Positions 35,920-44,576 of a DNA stretch of 55,653 nt are shown here, piece by piece (position 1 is the stretch's first letter; each line of letters opens with the position of its first letter). The DNA comes from Anaerolineales bacterium (GTDB taxonomy: Bacteria; Chloroflexota; Anaerolineae; Anaerolineales; E44-bin32): the NCBI GenBank assembly GCA_041302385.1, contig JBFYRF010000095.1:1-55653 (forward strand), given 5' to 3'. Under the pieces are notes generated by a model. That model was not told the origin of the DNA and did no database searches. It saw nothing but the letters and a program-made list of their open reading frames with translations. The position numbers were made by a program, and so were the translations under genes.

Positions 35920-37632
35920 ATGAATCTGCTCCGGGTTGACATGCGCCAGCAACGGACGTGGTTGGAGCCAACCCCCGCAGCCTATGAGCATCAAGGAGGG
36001 CGCGGCCTGACGGCCGCCATCCTGCTGGCCGAGACCGATCCAGCTGCCGAGGCGCTGGGCCCGCACAACAAGCTGATCGTGGCACCCGGACTGCTCGGCG
36101 GTACAGGCGTCTCGACAGCCGGCCGGCTCTCGATCGGCGCCAAGAGCCCGCTGACCGGGGGGGTGAAGGAGGCCAAAGCCGGGGGGACCGCGGGCGACAC
36201 CCTGGCCCGGCATGGCCTGAAGGCGATCGTTGCGGAGGGCAAGGCCGACTCGGATGCGATGTACATCCTGCATGTCTCCAAAGATACGGCCGAGCTGATC
36301 CCCGCCGCGTCGGCCAAGGGCCTCGGCACCTATGCAACCGCCGAGTGGGCCTGGCGGGAGTTCGGGGAAGGTTGCACGGTCCTATCGATCGGGCAAGCAG
36401 GCGAGTACCGGCTGACCGGCGCGGCCATCGCGGTCACCGGCGAAGGTGAACAACGCAGCAACATCGCCGCTCGCGGCGGGCTGGGTGCCGTGATGGGCAG
36501 CAAGGGACTGAAGGCCATCGTGATCGACAAGGCGCAAGGGCTGGCGGTGGCGTTGGCTGATGCCGATCTCTTCCGAGCGGCGATGAAGCGGTTCGCGCTA
36601 GAACTGACGAACGACCCGAAGCTTGGGCCCAAGGGCGGGACGCACATGTACGGCACCGCCGCGATCACGGCGGCAGTCAACGAGATGGGTTCCTTGCCGA
36701 CGCGCAACTTCTCCGACGGCTCGTTTGAAGAGTCCGCCAGCCTGCGGGGAGAGCACTTGCGGGAAACGATCCTCGGACGCCAAGGGCGGATCGGCACGCG
36801 CTGCATGCCGGGCTGTGTCATCGCCTGCCGCAATGTCTATGTGGATGACACAGGGCAACCACTGGTCGGCACGCTGCAGTACGAGACGATCGCGCTGGTG
36901 GGTTCCAACCTGGGACTCAGCGACCTGGACCACGTCGCTCGCCTCAACTACCTGTGCAACGACTTCGGGCTGGACACGATTGAGACGGGCGCGGCCCTGG
37001 GCGTCCTGATCGAGGCCGGGCTGGCAGCCTTTGGCGATTTCGAGGGCATCACGGCGTTGCTGCTCCAGGTCGGCCAGGGCACGCCCTTGGGGCGGTTGAT
37101 CGGATCGGGCGCGGCGGCCTGCGGGCGCGCCTATGGCATTCGCCGCGTGCCCGTGGTGATGGGGCAGGCAATGCCCGGTTACGATCCGCGCAGCCTCAAG
37201 GGAAATGGCGTCACCTATGCCACCTCCCCGCAGGGCGCCGACCACACGGCGGGCAATGCCTTCGGCGCCCGCAACCAGGTCAATCCTTTGAGCATCGAAG
37301 GCCAGCGTCAGCTATCGCTCAAGCTCCAGATCCTCTCCGCCATGCTCGACAGCACCGGACTCTGCCTGTTCGCCCGGCCGCCTGTGATCGCCGATCCGCA
37401 ATTGATGGTGGACATGCTCAACGGCCGCTTTGGCTGGGGGTGGAGCGCCAAGGACCTGGACACAGCGAATCGGGCGATCTTGCGAACAGAGCTCGAGTTT
37501 AACCGCCGCGCCGGGATCACCCCGGCGGACCATCGCATCCCGGAGTACATGCGTCAGGAGCCGTTGGCTCCCCACGGAGCGGTGTTCGATGTTCCAGACT
37601 CCGAGCTGGATGCCGTGTTCGACGAGCTTTGA
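35920..37632 (+). CDS. aor: aldehyde:ferredoxin oxidoreductase family tungsten/molybdopterin enzyme
   Basis: N-terminal LRVDM....GGRGLTAAIL...LGPHNKLIVAPGLLGGTG..AGRLSIGAKSPLTGG and C-terminal AOR domains 2 and 3. The ORF opens at 35899. Confidence 0.85.
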   Translation: MNLLRVDMRQQRTWLEPTPAAYEHQGGRGLTAAILLAETDPAAEALGPHNKLIVAPGLLGGTGVSTAGRLSIGAKSPLTGGVKEAKAGGTAGDTLARHGLKAIVAEGKADSDAMYILHVSKDTAELIPAASAKGLGTYATAEWAWREFGEGCTVLSIGQAGEYRLTGAAIAVTGEGEQRSNIAARGGLGAVMGSKGLKAIVIDKAQGLAVALADADLFRAAMKRFALELTNDPKLGPKGGTHMYGTAAITAAVNEMGSLPTRNFSDGSFEESASLRGEHLRETILGRQGRIGTRCMPGCVIACRNVYVDDTGQPLVGTLQYETIALVGSNLGLSDLDHVARLNYLCNDFGLDTIETGAALGVLIEAGLAAFGDFEGITALLLQVGQGTPLGRLIGSGAAACGRAYGIRRVPVVMGQAMPGYDPRSLKGNGVTYATSPQGADHTAGNAFGARNQVNPLSIEGQRQLSLKLQILSAMLDSTGLCLFARPPVIADPQLMVDMLNGRFGWGWSAKDLDTANRAILRTELEFNRRAGITPADHRIPEYMRQEPLAPHGAVFDVPDSELDAVFDEL

Positions 37633-37639
37633 TCCGACG

Positions 37640-37864
37640 ATGGCAGTCGATGTCGAGCTGTTTGGGCAGTTCTCGGTTGGGCGGCCGGCCCGCCAGGTGC
37701 TGGAAGTGACGCAGGGGATCACTGCGAAGGAGATCGCCCTCCGGGTCGGCCTGAATCCGGATGAGGTTGGCCTGGTGTCGATCGACGGCGTGCTGTGCGA
37801 AATGGAGGAAGCGGTGCCTGGCGACTGCCGGTTGTGCTTCTTCCCGCCCATGACGGGAGGCTGA
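37640..37864 (+). CDS. MoaD/ThiS-like ubiquitin-fold sulfur carrier with a free C-terminal Gly-Gly
   Basis: 74 aa ending ..CFFPPMTGG-stop. The ATG is 7 nt after the aor stop. Confidence 0.75.
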   Translation: MAVDVELFGQFSVGRPARQVLEVTQGITAKEIALRVGLNPDEVGLVSIDGVLCEMEEAVPGDCRLCFFPPMTGG

Positions 37865-38165
37865 AGTCGGTTTGAGACACGCTCCGAATCGCTGAGGTTC
37901 TGTCTGGCTCGGTGGGGCCACGATCTGACCTTGTCAGATTGCTGTTGACTCTGTAGTTCGGCAATGTGAGGGCAGGGATGACGGTCCGGCTCGTCGCATG
38001 GCATGTTGTCGACACAGGCGAACCGATTGATGACCATGGGGCCTTGCGGCCTGCGTGCGATCTTTGCGCGGGCCGCATGCTGATTCGTGGCCAGTTCGCG
38101 CTGCCGGCAGCCTGCCTCGGACTGGCCGGCCGGCACGGAAGCGCAGGATAACGGAGGTCAACTGC

Positions 38166-38894
38166 ATGACTGAATTGAAGGTGAAGGGCCTCAGCAAGTC
38201 GTTTGGTGGCCTGGCGGCCGTGCAGGACCTGGATTTTGAAGTCGAGCCTGGCGGGATCCTTGGCCTGATCGGTCCGAACGGCTCGGGCAAGACGACCACC
38301 TTGAACCTGATTTCAGGCTTCCTCAAACCCGACTCGGGAGAGGTGCATTTCCAGGGCAAGGACGTGGCCGGCTTTCCGAGGAATCGGTTGTCGCGTGAGG
38401 GAATCGCCCGCACGTTTCAGCTGATCAAGCCGTTTCTTGAGTTCACCGCTCTGCAAAATGTGATGGTGGGCCGGGCCTACGGCCATGAGGCGGCGAAGAG
38501 CTTGAAGCAGGCGGAAGAGGAATCACGCGAGATCCTCGACCGCGTCGACCTGCTCGCAAAAGCCGATCGCCTGGCCAAGGACCTGACGCTCATGGAGCGT
38601 AAGAAGCTGGAGTTGGCGCGAGCGCTGGCCACCCGTCCCCGGCTCCTGTTGCTGGACGAGCTGATGGCAGGGCTGAATCCGAAGGAGACCGACGACGCCT
38701 GCATGCTGATCAACCGCATCCGGGAATCGAACATCTCCTTGATCGTGGTCGAGCATATCGTCAAGGCGATCTGCGGAGTCTCCGACCACATCGTGGTTCT
38801 GAACATGGGCCGCAAGATCGCGGAGGGCCCGCCCGACCAGATCATCCACGACCCCACCGTGATCGAGGTCTACCTGGGGAAAGCCCATGCTTGA
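38166..38894 (+). CDS. livG: branched-chain amino acid-type ABC transporter ATPase (LivG-like)
   Basis: GPNGSGKTT Walker A and a LivG-like N-terminus LKVKGLSKSFGGL.A. ACGGAGGT SD. The ORF opens at 38055. Confidence 0.85.
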   Translation: MTELKVKGLSKSFGGLAAVQDLDFEVEPGGILGLIGPNGSGKTTTLNLISGFLKPDSGEVHFQGKDVAGFPRNRLSREGIARTFQLIKPFLEFTALQNVMVGRAYGHEAAKSLKQAEEESREILDRVDLLAKADRLAKDLTLMERKKLELARALATRPRLLLLDELMAGLNPKETDDACMLINRIRESNISLIVVEHIVKAICGVSDHIVVLNMGRKIAEGPPDQIIHDPTVIEVYLGKAHA

Positions 38895-39588
38895 GATCAC
38901 CAACATCAGCGCCTACTACGGCGACCTGCAAGCACTCTGGGATATATCGCTGATCGTGAATGAGGGGGAGCTGGTGGCGCTCGTCGGTCCGAATGGCGCG
39001 GGCAAGACCACCAGCCTCCGGGTCATCACGGGTCTTCTCAGGTCGCCCACCGGCTCGGTCCGCTTCGTGGGGACGGACCTGGGACGTCTAACGACCCACC
39101 GCATTGTCGAACTGGGGATCTCTCAGGTGCCGGAAGGCGGGCGGGTCTTCGCCGAGATGAGTGTGCTGGAGAACCTGGAGCTGGGGGCCTTTGTGAGTGA
39201 CGCCCGGAAGCAGCGCCAGGAGACGATGGCCTGGGTGTTCAAGATCTTCCCTCGCCTTGAGGAGCGGATCACGCAGCGCGCCGGGACGCTGAGCGGGGGA
39301 GAGCGTCAGATGCTGGCGATTGCTCGGGCGTTGATGTCCAAGCCCCGCCTGCTGCTTCTCGACGAACCTTCGTTTGGCCTGGCTCCGATCCTGGTGGAGC
39401 AGATGTTCGAGATGATCACCGGGATCAATCGGCAAGGGGTCACTGTCCTGCTGATCGAACAGAACGTGCGGGCGGCGCTTGAACTCGCCCACCGGGCCTA
39501 TGTGCTCGAAAACGGCAGGATCGTCGGCCAGGGGCATGGTGAGGAACTGCTGTCTTTCGAATCCGTCAAGAGCGCCTACCTGGCGTAG
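38887..39588 (+). CDS. livF: branched-chain amino acid-type ABC transporter ATPase (LivF-like)
   Basis: MLEI.N..AYYG, GPNGAGKTT, LSGGERQML. Overlaps livG by 8 nt. Confidence 0.85.
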   Translation: MLEITNISAYYGDLQALWDISLIVNEGELVALVGPNGAGKTTSLRVITGLLRSPTGSVRFVGTDLGRLTTHRIVELGISQVPEGGRVFAEMSVLENLELGAFVSDARKQRQETMAWVFKIFPRLEERITQRAGTLSGGERQMLAIARALMSKPRLLLLDEPSFGLAPILVEQMFEMITGINRQGVTVLLIEQNVRAALELAHRAYVLENGRIVGQGHGEELLSFESVKSAYLA

Positions 39589-39608
39589 GTTGAGGGAAAG
39601 AGGTCTCC

Positions 39609-40490
39609 ATGCTTGAACCGCTAGCCCAAAGCCTGGTGTTCGGAGTTCTTGTCGGTGGCATCTACGGATTGGCAGCCCTCGGCCTGTCCCTGGTCTTCGG
39701 CGTCACCAAGTTCCTCAATGTATCCCATGGTGAGCTGCTGATGTTCGGGGGCTATGCCAGCTTCTGGGTCTTCGTGCTGTGGGGCGTCGATCCATTTCTA
39801 ACGATACCCTTTGCCGTGATCTTCCTGGCCTTGATCGGGCTGGTGCTGTACAAGCTGCTCTTCGCCCGCATGGTCAAGCTGCCGGAAGAGGTGAAGATCC
39901 GCAACACCCTGCTGATCGGCTTCGGGCTCTCGCTCATCCTGCAGAACATCGCCCTGCGCTTGTGGACGGCCGATGATCGGAGCATCACAACGTTCTACTC
40001 AGGGGCCGCCATCACCTTCCTCGGTGTTCGCTTCCCGGTCGTGCGGCTGATCAGCCTGGGGATCGCCCTGGTCTGCTTCCTGGCTCTCCACCAATTCCTC
40101 CACCGGACCTTCACCGGGAAGGCGATCCGCGCCACGGTGGAGGACTGGGAGGCGGCCGCCATGATGGGCATCGACACCCAGCGCGTGTCGCAGTTGGCCT
40201 TCATCATCGGGGCGAGCCTGGCCGGCATCGCCGGCACGCTCGTCGCCATCGGCTACTCGATCGATCCGTCCATGGGATTGGAGTGGACACTCGTCGCGCT
40301 GATCACGATGGTATTGGGCGGCCTTGGCAGCATCATGGGAACCCTGGTCGGTGGCCTGTTGCTCGGGGTGACCCAGGCGGCAACTTCGTTCTTCCTGGGT
40401 GGCACCTACCGGGAGATTGTGGGTCTGCTGATCTTCCTCCTGGTCCTGGTCCTCCGTCCCCAGGGCCTGCTCGGGACCAAGCGGGAGTAG
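39609..40490 (+). CDS. livH: branched-chain amino acid-type ABC permease (LivH-like)
   Basis: 293 aa, multi-TM, LivH-like N-terminus (LVFGVLVGGIYGLAALGLSLVFGV). Confidence 0.85.
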   Translation: MLEPLAQSLVFGVLVGGIYGLAALGLSLVFGVTKFLNVSHGELLMFGGYASFWVFVLWGVDPFLTIPFAVIFLALIGLVLYKLLFARMVKLPEEVKIRNTLLIGFGLSLILQNIALRLWTADDRSITTFYSGAAITFLGVRFPVVRLISLGIALVCFLALHQFLHRTFTGKAIRATVEDWEAAAMMGIDTQRVSQLAFIIGASLAGIAGTLVAIGYSIDPSMGLEWTLVALITMVLGGLGSIMGTLVGGLLLGVTQAATSFFLGGTYREIVGLLIFLLVLVLRPQGLLGTKRE

Positions 40491-40494
40491 GCCG

Positions 40495-41457
40495 ATGGAC
40501 TATCGAGCCGTCTTGCGGATCGTGCTGATCGGGGCGCTGCTGCTCGGGCTGATCGCCCTGCCGAGCCTGGTGGAGAAGGACAGCATTATCAACCTGGTGG
40601 TCCTGATCCTGTTGTACGTCACGCTGGCCTCAAGCTGGAACATCCTGGGGGGGTACACCGGACAGACCAACCTGGGTCATGCCGCCTTCTTCGGCCTGGG
40701 CAGCCTGGTCACCCGTATGCTGTGGACATCAGGGTTTCCCCTCTTCCCGTCCATGCTGCTGGGGTGCGCCGTAGCCGTGGCCCTTGCGCTGATCATCGGC
40801 GTCCCGGCGTTCAAGCTGCGTGGAGCCTATTTCGCCATCGGCACACTGGCCCTGGGACAGGTCCTGTTTGTCACGGTCGGGAACGAGTTCCCGCTGATTT
40901 CCGCTCTGCCGGCCAAGGCGCTGGCGTCGTACGAGCTGCTGCCCCGCTACTATTTCTTCGTGGGGATGGCGGTGGTGACGGTCGCCGCTTCCTACCTGCT
41001 GGCGCATTCACGCCTGGGGCTGGGGATGATGGCGGTGCGAGAGCAGGAGGATGCCGCCGAGTCGCTGGGCGTGAGCGCCTTGCGGCACAAGCTGATCGCC
41101 CTGGTCATCAGCGCCTTCTTTGCCGGCCTGGCGGGGGGGGGCTTTGCCTTCTATCACGTCAGCTATTACCCGCAATTCCCCTTCGCCCCGGTCTGGACGT
41201 TCGACGCCGTCATGATGACCTACATCGGGGGCGTCGGTACCATCGTGGGTCCGGTGATCGGCGCCCTCTTCTACGTCGTGATCAAAGAGTATCTGGCGCT
41301 GAATCTGGTCGAACTTCATCTGATCGTCTTCGGAACGCTGTTCATCCTGGTCGTGCTGTTCCTGCCCGGAGGGTTGGTGGAAGCCTGGTCGAAGATCCGG
41401 AGACAGTATCTCCGGCGAACAACACCGAAGGAAGTCGAGCCGTCGACAACAGACTGA
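40495..41457 (+). CDS. livM: branched-chain amino acid-type ABC permease (LivM-like)
   Basis: 320 aa, multi-TM, with the LivM motif NILGGYTGQ.NLGHAAFFG. Confidence 0.85.
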   Translation: MDYRAVLRIVLIGALLLGLIALPSLVEKDSIINLVVLILLYVTLASSWNILGGYTGQTNLGHAAFFGLGSLVTRMLWTSGFPLFPSMLLGCAVAVALALIIGVPAFKLRGAYFAIGTLALGQVLFVTVGNEFPLISALPAKALASYELLPRYYFFVGMAVVTVAASYLLAHSRLGLGMMAVREQEDAAESLGVSALRHKLIALVISAFFAGLAGGGFAFYHVSYYPQFPFAPVWTFDAVMMTYIGGVGTIVGPVIGALFYVVIKEYLALNLVELHLIVFGTLFILVVLFLPGGLVEAWSKIRRQYLRRTTPKEVEPSTTD

Positions 41458-41578
41458 TACGGAGAAACTCAGCACAAGCCTGGCCCGCCGGCCAGAGGAG
41501 GACCCAGCGTATGGCCTGATCCGATCCACCACACCGATGAACCACCTTCTCATCCGACACGGAAAGGGAGGAAGAGTC

Positions 41579-42871
41579 ATGAAGGCAAGGCTTTCCATCG
41601 CGCTCGCGTTGCTGCTCATCCTGAGCCTGGTGTTGGCCAGCTGCGCGCCGGCTCCGGCTCCGACCGAGGCGCCTGTGGCGGCGCCGACCGAGGCGCCCGT
41701 GGCGGCGCCCACCGAGGCGATTCCGCCACCTCCGGCGCCCGAGTACATCGAATTCGGCGCCTCCATCCCCATGACCGGGAAGTACGGCTCGCTCGGCAAC
41801 ATGGTGCTCCCCGGCTACCAGTATGCGGTGGATGCGATCAACGCCGCTGGCGGGATCTACGTCGAGGAATACGATGCCACGATCCCTGTCCGCCTGACGT
41901 ACTATGATGATGAGTCCGACCCGACCAAGGCGGTCAGCAAGCTTGAGTCGCTGTTCTCCGATCAGGACGTGACCGTGTACCTGGGCGGCGCAGGCAGCGA
42001 TATGCATGCCGCCACGGCGGCCATCGCCGAGAAGAACCAGGTGCCGTACTGCGGCGTCGCCTTCGCCCTGTGGCAGATCCATCAACAGGGGTACCGCTAT
42101 CTGTTCTCACCGTTCCCCAAGTCCCCCAACCAGGCCAAGGATGTGTTTGAGATCCTGAATGCCAATGTGCCCGAAGGCGAGCGGCCCACCAAGGTGGCGA
42201 TCTTCGCCGAAACGACCGACTGGGGGAAGGAGCTCGGTGGGCTGTGGGCGGAGAACGCCCCCGAGTACGGCTATGAGGTTGTGGTCTATGAGGAGTATGC
42301 GCCCAGGACTGAGGACATGTCCGGGATGATCCTCAAGGCCAAGAATGCTGGAGCCGAGATGTTGCTGGCTCTGCCGGCTCCACCGGACGGCATCGCCATG
42401 TTCAAGCAAATGGCGGAGCTGGGCTGGGCGCCCAAGTTCAGCCTGGTCATCCGTGCCCCGGAGGGCGTCAACTGGGGCACCGATATGGGCACGGCCGGTG
42501 AGTACGTCACCATCTTCCCCGGCTGGCACCACGCAGCGAACTTCGAAGGGGTCGATGAGATCAACGCCCGGTATCAGGAGGAGTTCGGCCGACCGGCCGA
42601 CCTGCTGACCGGCCCGGCTTACGCCTGCGTGCAGATCTTCGCCGATGCCATCGAGCGCGCCGGCACGCTCGATCGGGAAGCCGTGCGAGACGCGGTTGCT
42701 GCCACGGACATGAGCACAGTTGTCGGGCCTGTGACCTTCAATGAGGACGGAACAGGCAACGTGTTGAACCCGCTGATCCAGTGGCAGAACGGCCAACTGG
42801 AACTGGTGTGGCCACCTGAGCATCAGTCCGCCGAGCTCGCTTACCCGGCACCGCCGTTCGACGAGCGGTAG
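41579..42871 (+). CDS. livK: LIV-type (PBP type I) substrate-binding lipoprotein
   Basis: Lipobox LVLASC, an Ala/Pro linker, then a Leu/Ile/Val-binding-protein-like pattern (..IPMTGKYGSLG..). ATG after GGGAGGAAG. The ORF opens at 41537. Confidence 0.8.
   Translation: MKARLSIALALLLILSLVLASCAPAPAPTEAPVAAPTEAPVAAPTEAIPPPPAPEYIEFGASIPMTGKYGSLGNMVLPGYQYAVDAINAAGGIYVEEYDATIPVRLTYYDDESDPTKAVSKLESLFSDQDVTVYLGGAGSDMHAATAAIAEKNQVPYCGVAFALWQIHQQGYRYLFSPFPKSPNQAKDVFEILNANVPEGERPTKVAIFAETTDWGKELGGLWAENAPEYGYEVVVYEEYAPRTEDMSGMILKAKNAGAEMLLALPAPPDGIAMFKQMAELGWAPKFSLVIRAPEGVNWGTDMGTAGEYVTIFPGWHHAANFEGVDEINARYQEEFGRPADLLTGPAYACVQIFADAIERAGTLDREAVRDAVAATDMSTVVGPVTFNEDGTGNVLNPLIQWQNGQLELVWPPEHQSAELAYPAPPFDER
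41657..41719 (+). repeat. 24-bp tandem repeat (2.6 copies) encoding the APTEAPVA linker of the SBP
   Basis: GCTCCGACCGAGGCGCCTGTGGCG / GCGCCGACCGAGGCGCCCGTGGCG / GCGCCCACCGAGGCG. Confidence 0.8.
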
Positions 42872-43005
42872 CCACAGGAAGGATCGCGACCAATGGCGAG
42901 GCGCGCCGAGGGGCAGTCCGATCTCCAGTCAAGTTGGATCGTCCCACTGACGCGCCTCGTGCAGGTGCCAGACAACGCACCGCGAAAGAACGTGGGGAGT
43001 GGACC

Positions 43006-44133
43006 TTGACCGAGGGTACTCGGCAAGGTCCGCTCCCCATGCATCGCATCCGCCGGGTGGCGCAGCCCACCACGCGCCTCACGCAGTCCATCGGGCGAAT
43101 CGATCTGCGGGATACTGCCTACGGACTTGCCGCTCGCGGCGAGTATGGCGTGGCGGTGCAGCGCGGCGTGCAGAACAGTCCGCCTGGAAGATACCCGCTT
43201 TCGGCTGCCCAGAAGGAAGTCCTGGATCATCTCGCTACCTTCCAACCGAAGACGACCGCCAGGCAAATCGCCCCCATTCCTCAGGATGCCGCTGCAATCA
43301 CGAATCACGTGAAGGCGCTGGGTTACTTCCTCAAGGCGGACCTGGTCGCCACCTGCAAGGTGCCTGTCTCTGCCTACTACAGCCACGACAAGGCGGGTGA
43401 GCCGGTCGCTCCCCGCTTCGAAAACGCCATAGTCTTCATCATGCGCAAGGATCTGCCCTCGGTTCAAGCCTCGACCGGAACCGATTGGATGGGGGATCCC
43501 ATCAGCTTCCAGGCCTACGCCCACCTCGGGCTGGTGGCGGAGACGATCGCCAGCTACGTGCGTCGACTGGGGTGGGAAGCCTCCCCTCAATACGGTCCGT
43601 CGTTTGTAGATCACTACTCCGTCCTGCTCCCGCCGCTGTTGCTTGCCGCCGGGGTTGGGGAAGTCTCCCGCATCGGGATCATCCTGAACCCGTTCCTGGG
43701 CGCGGCCTATAAGGCGGCCGCCATCCTGACCGACATGCCGCTCGTCCCGGATCAGCCGATTGACTTCGGCCTGCAGGGCTTTTGCCAGGACTGCCGGATC
43801 TGTGCGGACAACTGTCCCAGCCAGGCGATCTCGGCGGGCGACAAGGTGCTCTACAACGGCTATGAGACCTGGAAGCTCAACACCCAGCGCTGTGCCAGCT
43901 ACAACTTCACCCACAAGAACGGGACGCTGTGCAACCGGTGCGTCAAGAGCTGTCCTTGGACCCATCCCACAACCTGGCAGCACAATCTGGTGCGCTACTC
44001 CGTCATGCGCTCCGGCCTGGCGAGGCGGATCGCCATCTGGTCCTCCTCGAGGCCGGGCTCCGTCAAAGGCAAGCCGGAAGAGAAGTGGTGGTTCGATATC
44101 GAGTATTCGGAAGGCCGGCTGGCCGAGCGCTAG
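43006..44133 (+). CDS. reductive-dehalogenase-family (RdhA-like) corrinoid/FeS protein without a Tat signal
   Basis: ..ILNPFLGAAYKAAAILTDMPLVPDQPIDFGLQGFCQDCRICADNCPSQAI.. plus a second cluster motif C..x..CNRCVKSCPW. Start uncertain: TTG 43006 after GGGGAG, or ATG 43039. The ORF opens at 42934. Confidence 0.7.
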   Translation: MTEGTRQGPLPMHRIRRVAQPTTRLTQSIGRIDLRDTAYGLAARGEYGVAVQRGVQNSPPGRYPLSAAQKEVLDHLATFQPKTTARQIAPIPQDAAAITNHVKALGYFLKADLVATCKVPVSAYYSHDKAGEPVAPRFENAIVFIMRKDLPSVQASTGTDWMGDPISFQAYAHLGLVAETIASYVRRLGWEASPQYGPSFVDHYSVLLPPLLLAAGVGEVSRIGIILNPFLGAAYKAAAILTDMPLVPDQPIDFGLQGFCQDCRICADNCPSQAISAGDKVLYNGYETWKLNTQRCASYNFTHKNGTLCNRCVKSCPWTHPTTWQHNLVRYSVMRSGLARRIAIWSSSRPGSVKGKPEEKWWFDIEYSEGRLAER

Positions 44134-44576
44134 GGCTGGGTCGGCCCGTTGACCGAGGCCACATGTGCCTCGCCCCACGGAATCTCAAGGCGAGGAATTC
44201 GCCTTCCATGTGAGTCCGCTCCTCTGCAGACGCCGCTTGCCCTGGCTTCTGCGCTCAGGCCCGCTGGGCGACTCCCGTTCCCCGGAGCAATGCAATGGGC
44301 AGGGACGGTTCCCGCCCGGGTCCATGGGGCAGTGAGTTCCCCCCCTGCATTGGCTGGGGGCGGCGCCGGGCACACGGGGCATGGAAGCGAGACGATCCGA
44401 CGGGAGGCTGCCCGGCTGAGCCTCCTCGACCTTCAGCCTGCAGGAGATGTCCGCGACGAGGGGACGTCTTCCCCACGTCGCGCGCCTTGGTGTTGTCGGT
44501 GGGGCTGAGTGGGGTGCGGATGCGGGCGATGCGCACCCAGAGTCATCTGTCAAGCGGCAACCGCCGCTTCTGCTCG

